Notes: generated by a model from the letters alone, not told the origin. 64,000 nucleotides of DNA from Burkholderiaceae bacterium (GCA_035939615.1 DASZFP010000022.1:8912-72911); one strand, 5' to 3'. Shown: positions 35,813 to 45,062, counted from the stretch's first letter. Translations and numbers: made by a program.

Positions 35813-36355
35813 ATGAGCAAGGTTCGATGCAAATGGGCGCAGTCGAACGAACTGCTGATGGCCTACCACGACAAGGAGTGGGGCGTACCGGTGCATGACG
35901 ACCGGCGCCTGTTCGAAATGCTGAACCTGGAGGGTGCGCAGGCGGGCCTGAGCTGGCTCACGATTCTGCAGAAACGCGCCAACTACCGGAAGGCATTCGA
36001 CCGGTTCAACGCCCGCAAAATCGTCGGCTACGGCGCTGCCCGCAAAGCGGCTCTGCTGAAGAACGAGGGCATCGTTCGAAACCGGCTCAAGATCAACGCG
36101 GTGATCGAAAACGCCAAGGCCTTCATCCAGGTTCAAGGCGAGTTCGGCAGTTTCGACCATTACATCTGGCAGTTCGTCGGTGGCAAGCCGGCTAAAAGAC
36201 GGCAGGCGCTCGCGGCCAGCGACCAGATGAGCAGAGACCTGAAGAAACGCGGCTTCAAATTCGTCGGCGCGACCATCTGCTACGCCTTCATGCAGGCGGT
36301 CGGCATGGTCAACGACCACTCCAGGGAGTGCTTCCGGGCCAGGCGGCCCGGATAG
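35813..36355 (+). CDS. tag: DNA-3-methyladenine glycosylase I
   Basis: YHDKEWGVPVHDDRRLFEMLNLEGAQAGLSWLTIL and FVGATICYAFMQAVGMVNDH are classic Tag signatures. Confidence 0.9.
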   Translation: MSKVRCKWAQSNELLMAYHDKEWGVPVHDDRRLFEMLNLEGAQAGLSWLTILQKRANYRKAFDRFNARKIVGYGAARKAALLKNEGIVRNRLKINAVIENAKAFIQVQGEFGSFDHYIWQFVGGKPAKRRQALAASDQMSRDLKKRGFKFVGATICYAFMQAVGMVNDHSRECFRARRPG

Positions 36356-36702
36356 ACGTCACGGGCCTTGATGGATGTCGGCGCCTTTCGGCGGTTTACA
36401 AGTTCAGCGCGTGATGCGTTCATGGCGGTTCCCGACCGCTGATTGATCTCGCTGATCTACCGAGATTCGCGAAGCATCCTTTGCTTTGAGCGCAGCTCGC
36501 AAGAGCAGGTCGAACGTCGCTTTCGATTCTCCCGCGTGCTACCGAACACGGTGTGTTCCCGCTCGACGGTTCAAGGTTCAACGATGCAAGAAGAATATTT
36601 GTGTTCGGACGCCGGAGAGCAGATCGCGGGCGACGCCCCATTGACAAGGCGCCTTGGAGCAACTAACAACACCGATATACAACGTCCGAGGGGGAGTCGC
36701 CA

Positions 36703-37785
36703 ATGAGTCCAAAGCCCGCCGTTCTATCTCTGTTCTTCGCGGCGTTTTTGTTCACCGCCACCTCCGCCGGTGCTACAGACACGCTCAGCGTAATCCATAA
36801 GTTCCTTGGTGGGAGTGACGGGGACGATCCGACTGCCATGATCCAGGCATCCGACGGCAATTTCTACGGCACCACCTACCTGTCCGTTGGCACTGTTTTC
36901 AAGGTCACGCCGGATGGGCAGTTCACGACTCTGTTCGTAGCTACGCACAACTCGAACCGCTATTTCTACGGCGACTTCTTCACGAGCGTGGTCGAAGGGC
37001 CCGATGGCTTTCTATACGTCATATCCCGCGGGAGCAACAGCAACCCGAACCCAACGCTTTTCAGGATCAGCAAGTCGGGCACCGACTATCAAGTGGTGCT
37101 GGAGGAGGCGCCAAACAGTCTGTCGGTGGCCTCCGATGGCAACTTCTATGGGGCGGACGGCAATGGGATATTCCGGCTGACGACCGTCGGCACGTACACG
37201 GTGCTGACCCCGGCGGGTACCGGTGGAATCACGCAGAGCGGCTTCGGCAAACAGGCATCGGACGGAAACTTCTACGGAATCTGCTCGGTCGCAAACGTCT
37301 CCGGCCCGCCGCACGTGTGCCGCGTCACGACCTCCGGCCAGGTGACCGCGATCTTCCAGTTCCCCAGTGGGCGATGGCCTGCGAACGGGGTCTTGAGGCA
37401 AGGATCGGATGGCTTTCTATACGGTGCTGCGTGGAAGAATAACTATGCCTCTGAGTTGATTTTTCAGCTCAGCACGTCGGGCAGCTACCGGGAGATTTAT
37501 AACAGCCCCAACAACTGCACTCCGAAGACCGGGTGCAGCACGGTAATTCAGGCATCGGACGGCAATCTGTGGATCACCAATCCGCCTGGGCAGTCCGTCT
37601 ACTCGATCACGCCGACCGGCGGCGCGCTGCTGCAAACGGTCTCTTTCTCCGGAATCGGTCATCCTCAGTTCTTGATTCAGGCACCCAGCGGCATCCTGTA
37701 TGGAACGACGGGCGAACCAAATCCCGCGTATTACGACGCCGGGACGGTTTTTTCGCTCAACGCGGGCCTGCCGCCGCCGAAGTAA
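36703..37785 (+). CDS. Secreted tandem-repeat beta-propeller-like protein with GloVer (Gloeo_Verruco) repeats
   Basis: Signal peptide (VLSLFFAAFLFTATSAGA). Repeated SDGNFYG(T/A).....G.(V/I)F(K/R)(V/L)T..G units. Many A/T-ending codons, unlike the neighbouring genes. Confidence 0.8.
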   Translation: MSPKPAVLSLFFAAFLFTATSAGATDTLSVIHKFLGGSDGDDPTAMIQASDGNFYGTTYLSVGTVFKVTPDGQFTTLFVATHNSNRYFYGDFFTSVVEGPDGFLYVISRGSNSNPNPTLFRISKSGTDYQVVLEEAPNSLSVASDGNFYGADGNGIFRLTTVGTYTVLTPAGTGGITQSGFGKQASDGNFYGICSVANVSGPPHVCRVTTSGQVTAIFQFPSGRWPANGVLRQGSDGFLYGAAWKNNYASELIFQLSTSGSYREIYNSPNNCTPKTGCSTVIQASDGNLWITNPPGQSVYSITPTGGALLQTVSFSGIGHPQFLIQAPSGILYGTTGEPNPAYYDAGTVFSLNAGLPPPK

Positions 37786-37839
37786 GCTGCACGCGCGAGG
37801 CGAGGCAACGCCCGCGCGGGCAATGGCTCGAACACGTGT

Positions 37840-37860
37840 CCCCCGGTTTACTTCCGGGGG
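37840..37860 (+). terminator. Hairpin downstream of the GloVer-repeat gene
   Basis: cccccgg - tttactt - ccggggg, located 55 nt after the TAA. There is no U-run. Confidence 0.3.
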
Positions 37861-37973
37861 GCATGTAGTTCAGAAGACAGCGGTCTACCGGCGAATTGAG
37901 AAGAAGGCAAGTGACTTGTGCAGCGTAAGGCCCTGCATCGAATTCGGCTGGGGCTATCAGGTATTCTGAGAAT

Positions 37974-39218
37974 CTACACTGCTCGCAAGCAGCGATCCAG
38001 GGCCCGCGCCAGCCGCTGCACCGCGACGTCGAGCTCGGCCGGAGCGGCCGTCGCGAACGACAACCGCAAGGTGGATCGATCGGGCGCGTCGGCGTAAAAG
38101 GCGCTGCCGGGCACGAAGATCATCCCCTCGTCGATGGCGCTGCGCAGCACATCCGAGGCGTCGACTGCCTCGTTCAAGCGCGCCCACACGAACATGCCGC
38201 CCTCGGGGCGGTTGTATTCGATGCGGCCGCCCAGATGGCGGTCCAGCGCGGCCGCGAGGGCCTCGTTGCGTTCGCGGTAAGCGGCCCGGATCGAGGGCAG
38301 CCGGGCCTCGAGCTGGCCGCTTGCCAGGTAGCGGGCGGCGATTTCCTGCGCGAGGGTGGACGAATGCAGGTCCATGCCCTGCTTGCAGATGGCGGCCTGC
38401 TCGCGCACCGCCGGCGGCAGCACGATCCAGCCGAGCCGCAGTCCTGGCGCGACGATCTTCGACAGCGACGACAGGTAACCGCACCAGTGGGCGGCCCCGG
38501 GCACTTCGGAGGCGAGCGCGATCAAGGGCGGAACGCTGGCGCCGAATGAGCGAAGCTCGCCGTACGGGTCGTCCTCGAGGAGGAAGATCCTGCGGGCGGC
38601 CGCGGTCCGCAGCAGGCTCAAGCGGCGCTCGCGGTTGAGCGTGGCGCCGCTGGGATTGGCAAAATTGGCGACCACGTAGATCAGCTTGACCGTCTCGCCG
38701 GCCTGCGCCGCCGCATCGAGCACGGCATCCAGATCCTCGGCGCGGGCGCCGTGGGCGTCGCTGTCGATCGACCGGAACGAGGCCTGCGCCAGCGCGAAGG
38801 TCTGCAAAGCGGCCAGGTAGGCCGGGCGCTCGACCACGACGACGTCGCCCGGGTCGACGAACAGGCGCGCCATCAGGTCGATACCCTGCTGCGAGCCAGT
38901 CGTCACAACGATGTCTTCCTCGGCCGGCGCGGCCCCGCGCGAGGCCGTCAGGCGCGCGAGCTCGCGCTTAAGGGCCGGCTGGCCCTCGGTCAGACCGTAT
39001 TGCAGCGCTCGAACGGGCTCCCCGGCGAGCACCTCGTCGGCGGCGCGCCGCAGCCCCTCGAAATCGAAGGTCTGGGGCGAGGGCAGTCCGCCCGCGAGCG
39101 AAATGATGCCCGGGCGCTGGGCGAACTTCAGCAGGTCACGGATCACCGAGCTCTGAACGCCGCGCAACCGGGATGAAAAGCGGTAGGCGCCAGGCGCCTC
39201 GGAATCGGTTGACTTCAT
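37974..39218 (-). CDS. PLP-dependent aminotransferase, class I/II (2-aminoadipate/MocR-catalytic-domain type, no HTH)
   Basis: SVIRDLLKFAQRPGIISLAGGLP, ANFANPSG and the SLSKIVAPGLRLGW pyridoxal-Lys motif. The start is placed at ATG 39218. Confidence 0.85.
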   Translation of the reverse strand: MKSTDSEAPGAYRFSSRLRGVQSSVIRDLLKFAQRPGIISLAGGLPSPQTFDFEGLRRAADEVLAGEPVRALQYGLTEGQPALKRELARLTASRGAAPAEEDIVVTTGSQQGIDLMARLFVDPGDVVVVERPAYLAALQTFALAQASFRSIDSDAHGARAEDLDAVLDAAAQAGETVKLIYVVANFANPSGATLNRERRLSLLRTAAARRIFLLEDDPYGELRSFGASVPPLIALASEVPGAAHWCGYLSSLSKIVAPGLRLGWIVLPPAVREQAAICKQGMDLHSSTLAQEIAARYLASGQLEARLPSIRAAYRERNEALAAALDRHLGGRIEYNRPEGGMFVWARLNEAVDASDVLRSAIDEGMIFVPGSAFYADAPDRSTLRLSFATAAPAELDVAVQRLARALDRCLRAV

Positions 39219-39318
39219 TTGTGCGCAATTTACCTCCAAAAGGTGGCGGCGTAGTCTTTTGAATGCGCCCGCAAACGCACCCGGCGCGGACCGTTCAAAA
39301 ACCAATGGAGGAGACAAC

Positions 39319-39741
39319 GTGAACCGAAAATTCTTCATCGCCTGGATCGTGCTGTTTGTCGCCTGGTTCATCGGCAGCTTCATCGTCCATGGCGTGCTGC
39401 TGCATTCCGACTACCTGCAACTCACCGGCCTGTTCCGCACTGAGGACGACGCGCACAAGTACTTTGCGTTGATGGTGCTGGCGCACCTGATGCTGTCGGG
39501 CGCTTTCGTGTGGATCTACGCGCGCGGCGTCGAGGCCAAGGCGTGGACGGCCCAGGGCGTGCGTTTCGGCGTTGCCGTTGCGCTGCTCACCGTCGTGCCG
39601 ACCTACATCATCTATTTCGTCGTGCAGCCCATGCCCGGTGGCGTGGTGATCAAGCAGATCGTCTTCGACAGCGTCCTGACCGTGGTGCTCGGGGTCATCG
39701 TCGCCTGGCTGTATCGGGACAAGGCCGCCGCGCCGGCTTGA
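39319..39741 (+). CDS. Small integral membrane protein (4 predicted TM helices), function unknown
   Basis: SD ggaggag lies 5 nt before GTG 39319. Four hydrophobic helices. Confidence 0.6.
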   Translation: MNRKFFIAWIVLFVAWFIGSFIVHGVLLHSDYLQLTGLFRTEDDAHKYFALMVLAHLMLSGAFVWIYARGVEAKAWTAQGVRFGVAVALLTVVPTYIIYFVVQPMPGGVVIKQIVFDSVLTVVLGVIVAWLYRDKAAAPA

Positions 39742-39777
39742 CGGCAGCCGCCTCTGGCGACGGGCGCGAGAGTCGAA

Positions 39778-42426
39778 ATGGCTGGCGGGCGCACATGGCT
39801 GGTGACCTTGCTGCGCATCGCGCTCCTGACCGTCGCGTACGCCGCCGTGGGCGCGGCGGCGCTGCAACTGGCGATCCCGCCCGGTTACGCCGCGCCCATA
39901 TTCCCTCCGGCCGGCATCATGCTCGCGGCCGGTGTCATCTACGGATACAGCGTACTGCCGGCCGTGTTTTTGGGCTCCTTGCTGATGCGGGCCATCGTGT
40001 TCGGCGGGCTGCTGGATGGACACGCCGCGCTGCAGTCGGTCGCGGTCATCGTGAGCCTGGCCTCGACCGTGCAGACCGGGATCGGGATCCGGGTGGCCAA
40101 GGCCCTGTGCGGACCGGAACCGGCGTTGGACACGCCGGAAACGATCGTGCGCTTCGTGCTGATGTGCCCGCTGGTGGCACTGGTGGGCTCGAGCATCTCG
40201 GTTCCGACGCTGATCGGGTGGAACATCGTCGCGCCCGGCAATGCGCTGTTCGACTGGTGGAACTGGTGGCTCGGCGACACGCTCGGCATCCTGGTCGGAG
40301 CTCCGATCATGTTCGCGCTGTTTGCCAGGCCGCGCGAAAACTGGAGCGCACGCAAATGGACGGTGGCGCTGCCTCTGCTCGTGATGATCGGGCTGGGCGT
40401 GATGACGGCCGGCATGATCGCGCGGTGGGAGGACCAGCGCATCGAGGCCCGCTTCAGGTCCGATGCGCAAAAACTGGTGGGCGCCTTTCGCAACGAGCTC
40501 AGGCTCGACGTGCTGGCCGTGCAGGCGGCGGCGCTCGGCCAGGCGCAGTTCGACGACTCGTCCGACTCGACCCGATGGCTGAGCGAGGCGCCGTCCATCC
40601 AGTCGATCGGCCGGGTGACGCTGCCCAAGGCCGGCAGCGCAGCGATGATGCCGGTCCTCGATGTGGCATCGAGCCGGCGCGCCAAGGACGAGCGCATCCT
40701 GGCCGCGCCCGCGGTGCAGGCGGCGCTGCAGCGCGCGCTCTCCAGCGGGCAGATCGCCGCGAGCGAGCCGTGGGCGTTCGGCAGCGGGCACGAACAGCGG
40801 GTCGAGTTTCTGGTCTGGATTCCGGATGCGGGCGGCGCGGCGCGCGCGGGCGCCGTCGCCTCAAAGCCGGTCTACGCCGTGCTCAACGTGCGGCGCCTCG
40901 ACCCAAGACAGCTGATCGACGCCGGCAGCGGCCTGGCGATCTGCTGGGTTGACCGCACCGGGGGAGGGACCGCGCGCCGCATCGCCGGTCCTGACGAGTG
41001 CGAGCGGCCGGTCGAGGGCCAGCCCTTGAAATACGAAGCGGAGATGCCGCTGTGGGGAAGGGACTGGCTGGTTCGCGTGGTCGCAACGCCGCGCTACGCC
41101 GGGGCGCTGCGCAGCTGGGGCCCGTGGGCGTTTTCGGCGCTGGCCGTGCTGGCCATCGCGACCACCGGCGCCTTTCTGCTGTTGCTGACCGGGCGCGCCC
41201 AGACCGTCGGCCGGCTGGTGCTCCAGCGCACCGCCGAGCTGGAGCGCGAAAAAGCCGCGGTGCGAAGCGCCGAGCAGCAGCGGCTGGTCGCCGAGGAGGC
41301 GCGGCAGGCCAAGGACGACTTCCTGTCGCGAATGAATCACGAGCTGCGCACGCCGTTGAACGCGATTCTCGGATTCGCCCAGATCCTGGCCGGCAGCCCC
41401 GCCGAGCCGCTGTCCGAACGGCAGCGTCGCCAGATCGGACACATCGAAACCGCCGGCTGGCACCTGCTGGCGATGATCGACGATCTGCTGGACCTGTCAC
41501 GCATCGAAGCGGGCACGGTGCGGCTCTCGCTGGAACCGATGGCGCTGGATCCGGCGATCCGCGATACGGTCACGATGCTGACGAGCCTGGCGGCCCAGCA
41601 GCAGGTCGCGGTCCGGGTCGCCATCGATCCCGGCGGCGGCCTGGTTCTGGCCGACGCGACGCGCCTGAAACAGGTGCTCGCGAATCTGCTGAGCAACGCG
41701 ATCAAGTACAACACGCGCGCAGGCAGCGTCACCATCAGCGCTGCTCCGGGCGCCGGCGACCGGGTCGTCATCACCGTGACCGACACGGGCCAGGGAATGT
41801 CGGCGACGCAGCTCACCGAGCTGTTCCAACCCTTCAACCGGCTCGGTCGCGAATCCGGTCCGGTGCCGGGGACCGGGATCGGGCTGGTGGTGACCAAGAA
41901 GCTGGTCGAGTTGATGAACGGCACCATCGAGGTGAGCAGCGTCGAGGCGCAAGGCAGCACCTTCTCGATCAGTCTGCCGGCCGCGCATACCGGTGCGGCG
42001 CTCAACCCGCAAAGCGGCCGGCCGAGCGAGAGCGCCGCGCGCTACGGCAGCCGTCGCGTTGCGTACTTCGAAGACAATCCGCTCAATGCCGAAGTGATGC
42101 GGGCGGTCCTGTCGGCGCGGCCGCAGGTGAAGCTGGATATCTACACGCGCGCAGTCGAGGGCCTGGCGGCGATCCGCAACGAAGCCGTCGATTTGCTGCT
42201 GATGGACATGAGCCTGCCGGATGCGCGCGGCATCGACGTTCTGCGCAGCTTAAAAGGCGATGCCTCGATGATGCGAACGCCGGTCATCATCGTGTCGGCC
42301 GACTCGGTCGCCGAGCACGTGCGCGAGGCGCTGCGCAACGGGGCCATGGCCTACATCGTCAAGCCGATCGAGCGGGTCCGGATGCTGGAGCAGATCGATC
42401 GGGCGCTGGCTTCTCCGCCCGGGTGA
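39778..42426 (+). CDS. Hybrid sensor histidine kinase with an N-terminal MASE1-like membrane domain and a C-terminal receiver
   Basis: The polytopic N-terminus (LQLAIPPGYAAPIFPPAGIMLAA) is typical of MASE1. H-box SRMNHELRTPLNAILGF. HATPase boxes (LLSNAIKYN, DTGQGM, GTGIGL). Receiver (LLLMDMSLPD...KP). Confidence 0.85.
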   Translation: MAGGRTWLVTLLRIALLTVAYAAVGAAALQLAIPPGYAAPIFPPAGIMLAAGVIYGYSVLPAVFLGSLLMRAIVFGGLLDGHAALQSVAVIVSLASTVQTGIGIRVAKALCGPEPALDTPETIVRFVLMCPLVALVGSSISVPTLIGWNIVAPGNALFDWWNWWLGDTLGILVGAPIMFALFARPRENWSARKWTVALPLLVMIGLGVMTAGMIARWEDQRIEARFRSDAQKLVGAFRNELRLDVLAVQAAALGQAQFDDSSDSTRWLSEAPSIQSIGRVTLPKAGSAAMMPVLDVASSRRAKDERILAAPAVQAALQRALSSGQIAASEPWAFGSGHEQRVEFLVWIPDAGGAARAGAVASKPVYAVLNVRRLDPRQLIDAGSGLAICWVDRTGGGTARRIAGPDECERPVEGQPLKYEAEMPLWGRDWLVRVVATPRYAGALRSWGPWAFSALAVLAIATTGAFLLLLTGRAQTVGRLVLQRTAELEREKAAVRSAEQQRLVAEEARQAKDDFLSRMNHELRTPLNAILGFAQILAGSPAEPLSERQRRQIGHIETAGWHLLAMIDDLLDLSRIEAGTVRLSLEPMALDPAIRDTVTMLTSLAAQQQVAVRVAIDPGGGLVLADATRLKQVLANLLSNAIKYNTRAGSVTISAAPGAGDRVVITVTDTGQGMSATQLTELFQPFNRLGRESGPVPGTGIGLVVTKKLVELMNGTIEVSSVEAQGSTFSISLPAAHTGAALNPQSGRPSESAARYGSRRVAYFEDNPLNAEVMRAVLSARPQVKLDIYTRAVEGLAAIRNEAVDLLLMDMSLPDARGIDVLRSLKGDASMMRTPVIIVSADSVAEHVREALRNGAMAYIVKPIERVRMLEQIDRALASPPG

Positions 42427-42436
42427 ATCGCGCCGC

Positions 42437-43069
42437 TCAGAGCTCCACCAGCCCGGACCTCATGGCTTTGGCGACCGCGTGCGCGCGCGAAGTCGCATCC
42501 AGCTTGGCGATGATCTGGGCCACGTGGAACTTGGCCGTGTGCGCCGAAATGTGCAGGGCCTGAGCAATCTGCCGGTTGCCCAGCCCGAGCGACATCTTCA
42601 GCAGCACCTCGCGCTCGCGCGGCGTGAGCGGGTCGATTTCGCCGGCCAGCGCGCGCCGATCCGCGTTCGAGCCGGCGTGAAACGCCTGCGCGGCCAGCCG
42701 GGCGGTGCTGGCCACCAGCCCGGCGCAGGCCGCGTGCGCCGCGATCGCGACCGCCTCGATCGAGGCATCGCGCGGCAGCAACGAGATGCCGGCCGCCAGC
42801 CAGTCGGCCACCGGGCCGTCCCGCCCGGGTCCGAGCAGCACCAGGGCCGGGCCCTGGTCGGCGATTTCTGCGATCGGCCGCAAGTCGGCGTCGATGGCCA
42901 GATCGGCGATGCACACGCGCGCCTGGCCGAACGAATCGGCCAGTGCCATCGTCAGGCTGTCGTGCGCACATACGATTTCGAAATCGCCGCGCTGCTCCAG
43001 CCCGTCTTTCAGACCGGCCAGCACCAGAGGTGAATCGGAAACGAGCGCTGCTTGAAGCGGAACTTGCAT
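42437..43069 (-). CDS. LuxR/NarL-type regulator with a degenerate receiver domain
   Basis: C-terminal HTH LTPREREVLLKMSLGLGNRQIAQALHISAHTAKFHVAQIIAKL. In the receiver, SD replaces DD, no T/S follows beta4 (LVLLGPG), and LLPRD sits where the conserved Lys is expected. Confidence 0.8.
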   Translation of the reverse strand: MQVPLQAALVSDSPLVLAGLKDGLEQRGDFEIVCAHDSLTMALADSFGQARVCIADLAIDADLRPIAEIADQGPALVLLGPGRDGPVADWLAAGISLLPRDASIEAVAIAAHAACAGLVASTARLAAQAFHAGSNADRRALAGEIDPLTPREREVLLKMSLGLGNRQIAQALHISAHTAKFHVAQIIAKLDATSRAHAVAKAMRSGLVEL

Positions 43070-43079
43070 TCGACCTCGA

Positions 43080-44027
43080 TCAGTTGGCGCGCGCCTCGGT
43101 CGGCCATTGGCCGATGGTCACCTGGACCTCGGCGGGCGAGCCGCCACGGATCAGGGAGACGCGCACGCTGCGTCCGATATTGCCGGCCAGAGCATCACGC
43201 AATTCCGGCACGCTCGAGGCCCGATGGTCGGCCACGTCGACCACGATATCGCCCACCAGCAACCCGCCTTGGGCGGCGGGTCCATCGGCCAGCAGCGAGG
43301 TGATCAGCAGGCCGGCGCCGTCGTGGCCTGCGGGTGCACCCGGCCGTGCGCCGGAGACGGCAACGGGTTGCGCCCCGATGCCGAGGAAGGCGCGCGCCAC
43401 GTGCCCTTTGGCAAGCAGCTCATCGAGCACGCGGGCGATCGTTGATTCGGGCACCACGATGCCGTACGCGCGCGACAAGGCCGAGGTCGCCATCCCGATC
43501 ACGCGGCCGCTGGAGTCGGCCACTGGGGCGCCGGATAAGCCGTCGTGCACGCCGGAGTCGAGCCGGATCAGGCGGTCCATGTGACCGCCAAGCCAGGTCT
43601 GCCAGGGGCCGGCCACCCGATTGACCACGGATACGCGGGCGGTCAACTCGCCGGCCTGGGACCGCCCGACCTGGATGGCCAGTTCGCCGGGGCGAACGGC
43701 CGCGCCTGGGCCCACGTCGACCGCCGGCAGCTCGTCGTCGGTCAGCCGGAAAACGGCCAGATCGGTGGGCGCATCGGTGCCGATTAATGCCAGGTCGGCA
43801 GCGGCCCGGTCTGCGAGGACGACCGACGCGGTGGCCGGAGCCCGGCCGAACACGTGGGCGGCGGTCACCAGGATGCCGGCGCGCCACACCACTCCGCAGC
43901 CGAGCGCGTGGCGGCCGCGCCCACGCACGGCCACCGTGCACCGGCCCACCGTTTCAACCGTGGAAGCGATCGAGTCCGAAAGCGCCTTAAGCGGCGTGCT
44001 GTCGGCGTTGTGACGAAGCTGTTCCAT
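43080..44027 (-). CDS. Trypsin-like serine protease with a C-terminal PDZ domain (S1C/HtrA-like), no signal peptide
   Basis: TAAHV (His), DLAVF (Asp) and GLSGAP (Ser) triad contexts. PDZ-like GLLITSLLADGPAAQGGLLVGDIVV. The start is at ATG 44027. Confidence 0.75.
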   Translation of the reverse strand: MEQLRHNADSTPLKALSDSIASTVETVGRCTVAVRGRGRHALGCGVVWRAGILVTAAHVFGRAPATASVVLADRAAADLALIGTDAPTDLAVFRLTDDELPAVDVGPGAAVRPGELAIQVGRSQAGELTARVSVVNRVAGPWQTWLGGHMDRLIRLDSGVHDGLSGAPVADSSGRVIGMATSALSRAYGIVVPESTIARVLDELLAKGHVARAFLGIGAQPVAVSGARPGAPAGHDGAGLLITSLLADGPAAQGGLLVGDIVVDVADHRASSVPELRDALAGNIGRSVRVSLIRGGSPAEVQVTIGQWPTEARAN

Positions 44028-44119
44028 GAATGTGTTTCCCTTCGGTGGGATGCCGCAGATGCGACGAAAAGGGAAACTTAACGAATCGGAATCGGCGGCG
44101 CATCCGCCGATCAGGCAGC

Positions 44120-44153
44120 CTCCTTCGCCGCGGCTGGCGCCGCGGCGAAGGAG
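44120..44153. repeat. Perfect 15-bp-stem GC-rich palindrome (REP-like; possible terminator of the HxlR gene)
   Basis: ctccttcgccgcggc - tggc - gccgcggcgaaggag. A partial extra copy (ggctggcgccgcggcg) lies at 44174-44189. Confidence 0.7.
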
Positions 44154-44195
44154 GCCAGGGCCTCCCTGCAAAAGGCTGGCGCCGCGGCGTGGAAG

Positions 44196-44585
44196 CTACA
44201 GCGCGGTCTGGCGCAGCGGCGGCACGTAGTGCTTGCGGGCGTCCAGCACGCGCCGGTGATGGTGCTTGGCCCAGCGCACCAGTTCCCACACCGGCTCCAG
44301 CAGCGACTTGCCCAATGGCGTCAACGCGTACTCGACGCGCGGCGGGTTGGTGGGGTACACCGTTCGAGACAGGAACCCGTCCTGCTCGAGGCGGCGCAGC
44401 GTCTGCGCCAGCATCCGCTGCGATATGTCCTCGATCTGCACCTTCAAGGCGCTGAACCGCAACGTGCCGTTCTTGGCGAGCGTGCACAGCACCAGCATGC
44501 TCCAGCGATCGCCGACCCGGTCCAGCACGTCCCGGATCGGACAGCCGTCCGGGTCGGAGGAGGATTTTTTCTTGAGCGTGGCCAT
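44196..44585 (-). CDS. HxlR-family winged-helix transcriptional regulator
   Basis: CPIRDVLDRVGDRWSMLVLCTL...LRFSALKVQIEDISQRMLAQTLRRLEQDGFLSRTVY...PPRVEYALTPLG is the canonical HxlR pattern. Confidence 0.9.
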   Translation of the reverse strand: MATLKKKSSSDPDGCPIRDVLDRVGDRWSMLVLCTLAKNGTLRFSALKVQIEDISQRMLAQTLRRLEQDGFLSRTVYPTNPPRVEYALTPLGKSLLEPVWELVRWAKHHHRRVLDARKHYVPPLRQTAL

Positions 44586-45062
44586 TGCGACTCCGCAAAG
44601 AATGCAGGTTCAATGTGGTTATTGATAGAGACTAGGTGACGCGCACCGCACTCCTTGCGGCGTGTCCGACCCCTAGTACGATTTCGTACGTGGTCTCGTT
44701 TAGATATTAGCTCTAATTTGTATACCAAATCTCAGGCAGAATTTTACAAGCAAATGAAGAGGTGGTTTGGTCACAGATGTGATCTTGTCTGGATGCTGCC
44801 TCTATATTCGTGGCTCGGTGTCCGTTGGAATGTTGGAAGCAAATGAAGAGGGGCTCACAGATCAAGCGGCTGACGCCGGCAGTACCTGGCCGGATCGCGA
44901 GCTCTCACGCGGCACGAAGTCTCGCGTTTCGACAGACAAAAAGCCCTCGTTGCTTTTGACGCAAGGAATCGCGCGGGCGCGGATAATCGTTCGCTTGCGC
45001 GGGCAACGGCTTTACGCCGGCGCAGTTCTCATTCGCACGCAGGATTGATTCAGGATCGGATC

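Noticed and set aside
36420-36706. ORFs of 80 aa (minus) and 87 aa (plus) in the spacer upstream of the GloVer gene
   Set aside because: They have no SD, overlap each other on opposite strands, show no family resemblance, and do not show the G/C-rich third codon positions seen in the window's real genes.
44956-44987. TTGACG ... GATAAT as the sigma70 promoter of RND operon 3
   Set aside because: The spacer between the hexamers is 20 nt, which is too long for a standard sigma70 promoter.
44767-45048. A 93-aa plus-strand ORF in the HxlR/RND intergenic region
   Set aside because: It starts with a non-ATG codon without an SD, and nothing in it is recognisable. The region is better explained as regulatory or non-coding.
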